A DNA stretch of 64,000 bases from Clostridia bacterium (lineage in GTDB: Bacteria > Bacillota > Clostridia > TANB77 > CAG-508), in assembly GCA_045643205.1 (NCBI GenBank), contig JAZUKI010000006.1, positions 1 to 64,000 of the forward strand. The letters run 5' to 3'. Under the pieces are notes generated by a model that saw only the letters and a list, made by a program, of their open reading frames with translations, was not told where the DNA came from and did no database searches. The translations under genes and the position numbers were made by a program. Below, piece after piece: positions 40,731 to 49,725 of the stretch; position 1 is the stretch's first letter, and the number at the start of each line of letters is the position of its first letter.

Positions 40731-43700
40731 TTATTCAATTACATATTTTTTAATTAATACTATACCTACTCCAACTATTGCTAATGCTGCAATTCCGATT
40801 AATATTATTGATTGTGCAGAACCTGTCATTACTACTAGTGCTACTGGTGCATCATCAATATCATCTTCTCCAGCTTTTCTATTGTTAGGTACTGAATCAA
40901 TATCAGGTGCATCATATTTATTTTTGTCTTTGCTTATTTCTGCTGTATTAATTTTTACACCAGTATTATTTTCATCATTAATCCATGTTAATGTGATAAT
41001 AACTTCAGCTGTGTCACCTGGTTTTAATAATTTATCTTTTAATTGATCTGTTGTAACTTTACCATCAACTTGTTTCCAACCTTTATTATCTTCTGGAACA
41101 AATTTTAATCCTTCAGGAATATAATCACTTAATTCTGTGCAATATCCTTCGATTTCACCTTCGTTCTTAACTCTTATTGAGTATTGGAATTTAACAGTTG
41201 TGTTCTTTAATCTGTTATAGTCTAATTCAACTTTTACTATAGATTCTGGATCGTCTTCTGCCTTATGTCCTGTTTCCATTACTCTCTTAACGCCATCTTC
41301 TATAACAATTGCATGTGTTACCCATTTTCTTAATGATAAATCAAAGTATAGTACTTTTACTTTTTCAATATCTTGATCATCTTCTCCTTCAATCCATTCA
41401 TCTGGTGTTGAATCGATATCAGGTAAACTTGTTCTTATTTGAGCATGGTTTACTAATTCTCTGCTATTTGGTGTTGCTAATTGTGGTTCATCTACTTTGA
41501 ATGCAACTTGAACATCTTTATAATCTGGTGTTTCCATTGATTCATAATCAAAAGCTTTGATTAAAGTATCTTTTAAATAATTTGTAACTACATATTTAGC
41601 ATCACTAACTTTTGTTGTATCTTTTCCATCTTTATCTAGTAATGTCCATCCATACTTTTTGTTGATTTCATGATCTGGTAAATATGTTAATCCTTGTGGA
41701 ATATCATCTTTTACTGATTCTACATATCCGTCAACATTTCCTTCGTTGTATACTCTGATTGTATATACTACTACATCTTTGTTTCCTACAACTACTGGTT
41801 CTTTAGTATGTTTATATTCGCATGTTGTTACTTCTTTTCCATCAATTATTTTTCCGAAATTTGAAGCATCAACTACTGGAATTCTTGATTTTATTTCTTC
41901 TGAATTTACTTTAGTAATAAATTTTCTTAATGCTAAATCAAATCTTACTACTTGTAAATCTTCGTAGTCATCATCATCTTCATATCCTTTACCATCTCTT
42001 GATGTTCCTGGATTATAATCATCTCTTTGACCATTTGTAATATTGTCTTCTTCTGAATCAATATCTTCAAGGTCTAAATCATTTCTTGTTTCTGTAATTT
42101 CAGCAACGTTCTTTAAGCTTAATTTTGTAGCTCCTGCTTTCGCTTCAACTGTACATTCAATTTGTACATCAGCATATGATATTGTATATTCTCCATTATT
42201 TTCTGCTAATGCTTTAAGAATTGTATCTTTTAAATATGTTGTACTAATTTCTTGTCCATTTGCTGTCCAACCATATTTTCTATTTAATTCACTATCTTCT
42301 TTAAACTTTAATCCTACTGGTAAATAGTCAACTAATTTTGTTGCATATCCATCTACTGATCCTTCGTTATAAACTCTGATTGTATAAATTACACTATCGC
42401 CTGTTTTAACTTGAATTGGATCTTTTGTATGGCGTTTGTATGATGTTGTTCCATTATCAAATGTCTTTGATGCATCTTCCATTTCTAATGCTTTTAAATC
42501 ATCTTGTGTGATAACTGGTTCTCTGCTTTCTTTAACTTCTGATCCATTTACCTTTGTGATGAATTTCCTTAACGCTAAATCGAATTTAACAGGTTTTAGA
42601 TATAAATCTTCATAATCATCATCATCTTCATATCCTTTACCATCTCTAGATGTTGCTACATTATAATTTGCTTTTTGATCATTTGTTAAATTGTTTTCTG
42701 TAGAATCTCTATCTGGTATATTTAAAGAATTTCTGCTTTCTGTAATTTCAGCAACGTTCTTTAAATGTTTTACTTGATTTGCATTTGTTGCTGTAACAAC
42801 ACATTCAATTTGAATATCTTTATAATCAATTGTATTTGTTGTTGGATTAAATGCATTAATCATTGTGTTATTTAAATATGTTGTACTGATTTCTTGTCCA
42901 TCAGCTACCCAACCATATTGTGAATTTATTTCGCTATCAGCTTTTAATTGTAATCCTTCTGGTAAGTAATCAACAACTTTTGTTGCATATCCGTCTACTG
43001 ATCCTTCGTTGTAAATTCTTATTGTATATAAAACAACGTCATTTGTTTCAACTGCTAATGGATCTTTTGTATGGCGTTTATATGATGTTGTTCCATTATC
43101 TAATGTTTTTGTAGCATCTTCATTTGCTAATGCTGTCAAGTCTGCAGTAGTAATATTTGGTGTTCTATTAACTGTTACATTTGATCCATTTACTTTTGTG
43201 ATGAACTTTCTTAACGCTAAGTCAAAATGTTTTGGATTTAGATATAAAGGTTCATAGTCATCATCATCTTCATATCCTTTACCATTTGTTGAAGTTCCTG
43301 GTTCATATTTATTAATTTGTGTTGTTGTTAAGTTGTTCTCTGTAGAATCTCTATCTGCTACTCCGTATTCGTTAGTTGCTCCTGTGATTTCAGCAACGTT
43401 AATTAAGTTTACTTTTGATTCTTTGTAATCTGCTGTAACTGTGCATTCAATTCTAACTAATTTTGAATCGATTGTTGTATTTGTTAATTTATTAATTGTT
43501 TGTTCTGCTAAGTGCGTTGTTTTAACTGTTCTTCCATCTGCACTTGCAGTCCATCCATATGTGTTATTAATTGAGCTGTTTGGTGTCAATGTTAAACCTG
43601 CTGGTAAGTAATCTGTAATTTCTGTACATTTACCATTTACATTTCCTTCGTTGTAAATTCTAATATCATAAATTACTTTATCACCTGTTTTAACTTCTAA

Positions 43701-45113
43701 TGGTGTTTTTATATGAGTTTTTCTTGCTGTTGTTTTTGCTGTTTTTGGTTCTTTATCAGAATTGAAGTATCCATTTTCGTTATATAAATTTACAATTTCT
43801 TGTGCTGTAATGTTTGGTACTCTATTTGTTATTTCTGTGCTATTAATTTTTGTTATATATTTTCTTAATGCTAAATCAAATTTTCTATCTGGAGTAAATG
43901 AAACACTATCGCTAAATTGTTCATTTGTTGGTACTTCTTCTATTTCAACTAAAGGTTGATTAACATTTAATGCATTTGCTCCAACTGTTAAACAATTTAT
44001 GTTTTTCTTTATTCTTCTTGTATTTACTGTAAATGTTATTGTTTCAAGTGGAAATGATTCTGGAATTTGAATATAAAATGGTTGTCCATTTGTTGCTTTT
44101 ATTTTTTCAGTAAGATCGCTTCCTCTATATTCAGTTGTTTTATCTGCTTTTAATATTTTATATTCATAGCTTTCAAAATTTGATCCTATACCTGTTATAC
44201 TAGCATTTTCACCAAGTTTAAATGTATAAGGTCCAACTAAAATCTTATCACCTTGTTTTGTTGCTGTTCTATTTGATTTATCAAATTTACTTGCTCTTGC
44301 ATCTGAGTTATATGTTTTAGGGTCAGTATTTTGATTTGCAATACCATAGTCTACTAATCTAATGAATAAGTATTCTGCTGGTTGATAATATTCACCATAA
44401 TATGAATATGTATGTGCCCCAGTTGATTTTGTTGATAAATCAACAAATCCTGAATCTGTTGTAGAATATTTAAATGATGGTTCATATCCGTTGTCAAAAT
44501 CAAAAATTGGATGATGTTCTCCATTTGGGTTTGTAAAATACCAAAGAGCAGCTTGTTGTACAGCTTCAATAATGTCTTGTTGATATCCTGTTTTTCCAAT
44601 TAAAGCGTAATCATTGAAATCGCTATATTTTACTCTGCCATCTGTTACTTTAGCTAACATTGTATTAACTGCTTCTTCATAATTTGTAGATCCTATATAT
44701 GATTCTTTTTCTGCAAATACATCAAGTAATGCAACTGCTGAATTATATGTTGCAGTTGTAGGAGGTACCGCACTAATATATGCTGCTGGGATTTGATCTC
44801 TACCCTGAAGTAAATCCATCGAATTTACATATGTTGTAGCTACTGCAGTATTTTGACTACCAAATCCTGCTCCTGCTTTGAAACAGTATATTGGATTTAG
44901 ATTGCCATAATATCCGCCTAAATCTTCAACAATTTTAATTATTCTTTCTGTTCCGCCATTAGCTACGATTGCATAGTATCCTGATGGTCTTCCATTTCCA
45001 TTATTGTAAGTTGAAAAAGTTCTAGAGATAGTTGCTGCTAGAATACTATTACTTACTAAAAATGTAATTACCATAACTGCTATTGCAATTAATATTTTAC
45101 TAACTTTTTTCAT
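40731..45113 (-). CDS. cell-surface adhesin: signal peptide, thioester (TED/TQXA-like) domain, five DUF11/isopeptide-like repeats, C-terminal anchor
   Basis: IYCF, QQAALWYF, NQPLV; five FDL(A/S)LRK...Y.IR.(Y/K)NEG...D..P...N.A(E/Q)I repeats; VMTG + TM + KK. Confidence 0.8.
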   Translation of the reverse strand: MKKVSKILIAIAVMVITFLVSNSILAATISRTFSTYNNGNGRPSGYYAIVANGGTERIIKIVEDLGGYYGNLNPIYCFKAGAGFGSQNTAVATTYVNSMDLLQGRDQIPAAYISAVPPTTATYNSAVALLDVFAEKESYIGSTNYEEAVNTMLAKVTDGRVKYSDFNDYALIGKTGYQQDIIEAVQQAALWYFTNPNGEHHPIFDFDNGYEPSFKYSTTDSGFVDLSTKSTGAHTYSYYGEYYQPAEYLFIRLVDYGIANQNTDPKTYNSDARASKFDKSNRTATKQGDKILVGPYTFKLGENASITGIGSNFESYEYKILKADKTTEYRGSDLTEKIKATNGQPFYIQIPESFPLETITFTVNTRRIKKNINCLTVGANALNVNQPLVEIEEVPTNEQFSDSVSFTPDRKFDLALRKYITKINSTEITNRVPNITAQEIVNLYNENGYFNSDKEPKTAKTTARKTHIKTPLEVKTGDKVIYDIRIYNEGNVNGKCTEITDYLPAGLTLTPNSSINNTYGWTASADGRTVKTTHLAEQTINKLTNTTIDSKLVRIECTVTADYKESKVNLINVAEITGATNEYGVADRDSTENNLTTTQINKYEPGTSTNGKGYEDDDDYEPLYLNPKHFDLALRKFITKVNGSNVTVNRTPNITTADLTALANEDATKTLDNGTTSYKRHTKDPLAVETNDVVLYTIRIYNEGSVDGYATKVVDYLPEGLQLKADSEINSQYGWVADGQEISTTYLNNTMINAFNPTTNTIDYKDIQIECVVTATNANQVKHLKNVAEITESRNSLNIPDRDSTENNLTNDQKANYNVATSRDGKGYEDDDDYEDLYLKPVKFDLALRKFITKVNGSEVKESREPVITQDDLKALEMEDASKTFDNGTTSYKRHTKDPIQVKTGDSVIYTIRVYNEGSVDGYATKLVDYLPVGLKFKEDSELNRKYGWTANGQEISTTYLKDTILKALAENNGEYTISYADVQIECTVEAKAGATKLSLKNVAEITETRNDLDLEDIDSEEDNITNGQRDDYNPGTSRDGKGYEDDDDYEDLQVVRFDLALRKFITKVNSEEIKSRIPVVDASNFGKIIDGKEVTTCEYKHTKEPVVVGNKDVVVYTIRVYNEGNVDGYVESVKDDIPQGLTYLPDHEINKKYGWTLLDKDGKDTTKVSDAKYVVTNYLKDTLIKAFDYESMETPDYKDVQVAFKVDEPQLATPNSRELVNHAQIRTSLPDIDSTPDEWIEGEDDQDIEKVKVLYFDLSLRKWVTHAIVIEDGVKRVMETGHKAEDDPESIVKVELDYNRLKNTTVKFQYSIRVKNEGEIEGYCTELSDYIPEGLKFVPEDNKGWKQVDGKVTTDQLKDKLLKPGDTAEVIITLTWINDENNTGVKINTAEISKDKNKYDAPDIDSVPNNRKAGEDDIDDAPVALVVMTGSAQSIILIGIAALAIVGVGIVLIKKYVIE

Positions 45114-45228
45114 TATTTTCCTTACTCCCTTAAATTTTAATCTAATACAGGAAAATTATACCACAAAAATAGGCCTAAAAGCAAGAAATACCGCGAGTTT
45201 TATATTTCTTTTGTGTTAAGATTATTAC

Positions 45229-45261
45229 AAAAAAGCAACATCATTTTAGATGTTGCTTTTC
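45229..45261. terminator. terminator between the two surface-protein genes
   Basis: aaaagcaacatc-atttta-gatgttgctttt. Confidence 0.75.
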
Positions 45262-45286
45262 TTTATTTTTTTATTTTATTAAATTC

Positions 45287-48200
45287 TTATTTTTTTAAAT
45301 GTTTTTTTAATAAAACGACTCCCAATGTAACTGTTAAAAGCCCTGCTATTCCAAAGATTATACAGATTGCTATAGTTTGAGCAAATCCAGACATATTAAC
45401 CATAGCCTCGTCATAGTCATCTTCATTTTTTTCTTTGTTATTTGGTATTGAATTTATATCTGGAGTATTATGATCATTTTTAACATCGCTTATTTCAGCT
45501 ATATTAGTCATTGGTTTGAAATTTAATTCAGAATTAATCCAAGTTAATACTAGGTTAACTCTTTCTTCTTTTCCTGGTTCAATTAGCTTATCTTTTAGCT
45601 TATTAGAAACAATCCTCTCACCAGAAACTCTCCATTCAGGATTATCAGCTTGGCTAAATCTTAATCCTTCTGGAACATAATCAGCTATCTCTGTTGCATA
45701 TCCTGCAACTTCTCCTTCATTTTTTATGATGATTTCATATTGGAATTTAATAACTGTGTTTTTTACTCTTTCTTTATTCATTTCAATATTTACAACCGAC
45801 TTGATATCTGAAGTTTCATCAACTCCTGTAGGTTCATCCCTTTGATGACCTTCTTCAATTAAAATTGTTTTTGAAATTATATTTCTTAATTTAAAATTAA
45901 AGAATTTTATATGAATTGTTTCTTCATCTTGATCATCTTCTCCATTGTTCCATACATCAGTTGTTGAATCAATATCAGTAACATCATGGCCACTTTCATC
46001 GCTATCACTATGTATTTCAACTCTGTTTATTGCTTCACGTTGGTTTCGTGGTTCAACAACTTTAAATGTAACTTTTATTTCTTTGTACGCTGGAGTTTTA
46101 TTTTCTTTATGATCAAAAGGTTCTATAGCTTTTTCACCAGATTCTTTTTCTTCATCCTTAGATAAATAGTTTGTTTGTATTGACATTGCATCTACAGGAT
46201 TTGATGTTTCTTTTCCTGAAGAATCATACATTTTCCAGTTATATGGTCTGTTTGTTTCATTATCTGGTAAAAATTCTAATCCTAAAGGTATTGAATCTTT
46301 GATTACTTTTGCATATCCCTTTTGTGTGCCTTCGTTATAGACTCTAATTGTATATGTTACGACATCTCCTGTATAAACTTGAAGAACATCTTTCTTTTGA
46401 TTATACATACAAGTTGTTATTGCTTCGTTTTTCTCATCAGCAGTTCCAAATTTTGAAATATTAACAACTGGTTCTCTATCTGTAATTGTTGTTTCATTTA
46501 TTTTTGAAATAAATTGTCTTAGTGCTAAATCAAATTTTTCTAAAACAACTTTTTCAAAGTCATCGTCATCTTCTTGACCTTGATAGAAATAGTTTGTATC
46601 TGTTAAATCATCCTTATTTCCATTATTTCCTTTGTAATCACTTAATTGCTCATCTGAAGGTAATGTAACTGTTGATTGATTGTCTCTATCTGCAAGATTT
46701 TCATTGTTTTCATATTTTGTGATTTCTGCTATGATTGTAATTTTCTTTAAGGCTTCTGCAGTATTTCTAACTTTGCATCTAATTTTTATTTCTTTATAAT
46801 TTAAATTGCTAGCTTTTAAATCATAAGCTTTTATTACATTTTCAGCATCATTATCTCTAGAAAGTTTTGTACTTCTAATCGTTCTTTGAGTAGCATCGTT
46901 AGGATCTAATATCCAACCATTTTCGCCGTTATATTCATCATTGATAAATTCTAATTCACTTGGCAAATGTACTGTGATTTCTTTTGCAAAACCATCTATC
47001 GTACCTTCGTTATAAACTCTAATTGTATAAACTACATTGCTTCCTGGTCCTACACTTACTGAACCTTTTGTTTGTTTATATTCAGCTGTTGTTTTTCCTG
47101 TTAGCAATGGATTTGTATTTACCATTGGTTCTCTATTATAGTCACCTGTATCAACTTGAGAAACAAAAGCCCTCAATGATAAATCAAAATATCTTCCTGG
47201 AATTACTAAGTTTTCGAAATCATCATCATCTTGATATCCTTTTCCTCTATCATTTGTTCCTGGATTATAATTTTTTATTTGATCTTCTGTTAGATTGCCT
47301 GGTTTTGAATCTCTATCTTTTTGTGATGATTGAATCTCACAAACGCATTTTAAAAATACATCTGAAGATTTTGTTTGTTCATTAACTATTAATTCTATTT
47401 TAACTAAAATAAAGTTTAAGTTTGCATTTACTTTAATGCCTTGTGACGATCTGTTTCTAGTATATTCTGTAACTACAGTCTGGCTATCACCTGCAGGTGT
47501 CCAACCATATTGATTATTTATTTCACTGTTTGGTGCCAAACTAACTCCAGTTGGCAAATGTTCAACAATTGATTGTGCCGTTCCTGCGACATTTCCTTCG
47601 TTATAAATTCTTATATCTAAAACAACTCTATCATTGTTTTTTACTAATACAGGACTTTTTGTATGCTTTTTCTCTGCTGTTGTTCCGCCATCTAGAGATG
47701 CTTCGCCAATTAATAATTTATTTATCTCTTCATTTGTTATTTTAGGTTCACGTGATTCTTCAAGATTTTCTCCATTAATTGATGTAACAAATTGTCTAAT
47801 AGCTAAATCAAAATTTGGCTTAGCAATTTCTTTTGAATCGCTATCCACTAAATCTACTGATTGTGTTCTTATGATAATTACTGGTGTACTATTTCTAATC
47901 GATGCGGCTGGAACTGACCAATAATTATATGTTTTAGCTGTATACTCTTGGCTTATTTCAATAGTTATATCTGATGCTGAAGTATTCATTGGAACAGAAA
48001 TATAAAATATTTTTCCTACATTTGAAGCTAACTTTATTGATGTAGTTGCTCCTTCTATAACTGTTTTAGCATCAGAAGCAAGTATTGTAGCATTAGTAAT
48101 TTCAGTAGTTCCGCTTAATATTCTTCCTTCAAAAGAAGAATTGCTATAATTGTTTTTTTCAATTTTATATGGTCCTATTAAATATTTATCATCTTTAGTT

Positions 48201-49042
48201 GTTACTTGTGCATTTGATTTATCAAGTTTAAAAGGTGCTAGTGATTGCGTTTTTGTAACACTATATCTACCACTAGAAACCTCACTATTTGCTTTTTCAA
48301 TTAAGTATTTAAATAATTTATTAGCAGGATCAGTTTTGTTAGTACTAAAACTATTTAAATCAACTATATTATTTCCACTTGATGAAGAATAAAAGAAACT
48401 TGTTCCTGAATTGCCATCTGTTGAAACATGATATGAATTGTTAGTTCCATTTGAGTAATACCAAATAGCTGCTTGTTGAACCATTTCTATAATATCGCTT
48501 TTCAATGCTAATGAATTTTTACCTTGAATTGAATAAGTATCAAAATCGCTAGAACTAATTCCTGCATTACTTAATAATTGATTAACTGAATTTGAATCTT
48601 TAACATTTGCAATATTTTCTAATACCCACATCAATTTTTTATAATTGCTTGAACCTAAACTAAATGGTAAAGCTTCTGAATAAGGACTTGGAATTGAACC
48701 AGGATCAGTGAAATCAAAATACTGATTATAGTTCTTTGCAGAATAGTCTGATGATCCATTCGCACCAAAGCCAACTCCATTGTTTAATGAGTAAACTAAA
48801 TTGTTATATCCTGAATAATCTGATGATCCTGTATAATCTGTCATATTAAGCTTAGAAACAGGCATTTTACCTGCTGCCGTTTGAACATAATAATATCCAG
48901 TTGATCTACCACTACCTGCATTGTATGTATTTATGTAATATCCAGGTGTTGAAATATTTGCATGGGTTTCAGCTGAACATATAAGACAAAATGAAATTAA
49001 AATAATTAAAAATTTAATAATCTTTTTTAGCTTTTGCATCAA
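45287..49042 (-). CDS. paralogous surface protein with degenerate TED domain and four DUF11-like repeats
   Basis: VYSL, QQAAIWYY, STPVI; four repeats with IR.YNEG/IIIKNEG; C-terminal TM + KK. Confidence 0.8.
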   Translation of the reverse strand: MMQKLKKIIKFLIILISFCLICSAETHANISTPGYYINTYNAGSGRSTGYYYVQTAAGKMPVSKLNMTDYTGSSDYSGYNNLVYSLNNGVGFGANGSSDYSAKNYNQYFDFTDPGSIPSPYSEALPFSLGSSNYKKLMWVLENIANVKDSNSVNQLLSNAGISSSDFDTYSIQGKNSLALKSDIIEMVQQAAIWYYSNGTNNSYHVSTDGNSGTSFFYSSSSGNNIVDLNSFSTNKTDPANKLFKYLIEKANSEVSSGRYSVTKTQSLAPFKLDKSNAQVTTKDDKYLIGPYKIEKNNYSNSSFEGRILSGTTEITNATILASDAKTVIEGATTSIKLASNVGKIFYISVPMNTSASDITIEISQEYTAKTYNYWSVPAASIRNSTPVIIIRTQSVDLVDSDSKEIAKPNFDLAIRQFVTSINGENLEESREPKITNEEINKLLIGEASLDGGTTAEKKHTKSPVLVKNNDRVVLDIRIYNEGNVAGTAQSIVEHLPTGVSLAPNSEINNQYGWTPAGDSQTVVTEYTRNRSSQGIKVNANLNFILVKIELIVNEQTKSSDVFLKCVCEIQSSQKDRDSKPGNLTEDQIKNYNPGTNDRGKGYQDDDDFENLVIPGRYFDLSLRAFVSQVDTGDYNREPMVNTNPLLTGKTTAEYKQTKGSVSVGPGSNVVYTIRVYNEGTIDGFAKEITVHLPSELEFINDEYNGENGWILDPNDATQRTIRSTKLSRDNDAENVIKAYDLKASNLNYKEIKIRCKVRNTAEALKKITIIAEITKYENNENLADRDNQSTVTLPSDEQLSDYKGNNGNKDDLTDTNYFYQGQEDDDDFEKVVLEKFDLALRQFISKINETTITDREPVVNISKFGTADEKNEAITTCMYNQKKDVLQVYTGDVVTYTIRVYNEGTQKGYAKVIKDSIPLGLEFLPDNETNRPYNWKMYDSSGKETSNPVDAMSIQTNYLSKDEEKESGEKAIEPFDHKENKTPAYKEIKVTFKVVEPRNQREAINRVEIHSDSDESGHDVTDIDSTTDVWNNGEDDQDEETIHIKFFNFKLRNIISKTILIEEGHQRDEPTGVDETSDIKSVVNIEMNKERVKNTVIKFQYEIIIKNEGEVAGYATEIADYVPEGLRFSQADNPEWRVSGERIVSNKLKDKLIEPGKEERVNLVLTWINSELNFKPMTNIAEISDVKNDHNTPDINSIPNNKEKNEDDYDEAMVNMSGFAQTIAICIIFGIAGLLTVTLGVVLLKKHLKK

Positions 49043-49144
49043 TTAACTCCGTGAATCCTTTGTATATTAAGTGTTTTGCACATTAAAAATTGCAAAACAA
49101 TATCTAATCGTTTTTGCAAATTAAAATAAAATTTACATGACTAA

Positions 49145-49173
49145 ATGATAACAAAACTACAATTTAATGTCAA
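49145..49173 (-). promoter_or_regulatory. sigma-A promoter of the 45287..49042 gene
   Basis: TTGACA-N17-TATCAT with TGn extension. Confidence 0.6.
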
Positions 49174-49294
49174 CAAAATTACGTGCTTGTAACTTAATTT
49201 TCCCTAAGGCTACAGGCATTTTTATTTTTGAATTTTATAACTCACTTTTACCAACACTTTCAACGATTTTTATTATATAAATTCAATAATTCTA

Positions 49295-49323
49295 TTGACA
49301 GGTCGCCAATATTTTGCTAATAT
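49295..49323 (+). promoter_or_regulatory. sigma-A promoter of tRNA operon
   Basis: TTGACA-N17-TAATAT with TG extension. Confidence 0.7.
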
Positions 49324-49346
49324 AATAATGCTTGCTAATAATATGT

Positions 49347-49422
49347 GCGGGAATAGCTCAGTTGATAGAGCGTCGCCTTGCCAAGGCGAAGGTCACGGGT
49401 TTGAGCCCCGCTTCCCGCTCCA
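49347..49422 (+). tRNA. tRNA-Gly (GCC)
   Basis: 76-nt cloverleaf: GCGGGAA/TTCCCGC acceptor stem, TTGCCAA anticodon loop, U73, encoded CCA. Confidence 0.93.
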
Positions 49423-49511
49423 TTTTTTTGCACATATAGCAAGTTTTATTTTTTATAAACGCTTAGTTTATAGAAATTTAGTGCTATATATTAAAATTTA
49501 ATATTATGTAT

Positions 49512-49585
49512 GGCGCCATGGCCAAGTGGTAAGGCACGAGTCTGCAAAACTCTTATCCTCAGTTCGATTCTGAGTGGCGCCTCCA
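49512..49585 (+). tRNA. tRNA-Cys (GCA)
   Basis: 74-nt cloverleaf: GGCGCCA/TGGCGCC, CTGCAAA loop, TTCGA, U73, CCA. Confidence 0.95.
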
Positions 49586-49595
49586 AAAAAATACC

Positions 49596-49645
49596 CTATT
49601 TGATGCATTTGAGATTATCTCAAACTTCAAATAGGGTTTTATTTA
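49596..49645 (+). terminator. terminator after tRNA-Cys
   Basis: ccctatttga...tttgagat/atctcaaa...tcaaataggg followed by T-rich run. Confidence 0.75.
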
Positions 49646-49725
49646 TTTCTTTATTACTACTTTTATTATATTTTGTTTTTATCAATTATCTATTATAAAT
49701 TATTTATTATTTAAATAATGAACTA

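Noticed and set aside
41900-43900. Near-identical DNA segments in the adhesin as a DGR template/variable pair or shufflon
   Set aside because: They are in-frame domain duplications; no reverse transcriptase or recombinase nearby and no obvious adenine-specific variation.
45114-49294. c-di-GMP riboswitch upstream of either adhesin
   Set aside because: No GEMM-like two-stem GC-containing structure is visible in either short AT-rich leader; an Infernal search would be needed to be certain.
49295-49698. Two short + strand ORFs
   Set aside because: They overlap the tRNA-Gly and tRNA-Cys genes and their promoter.
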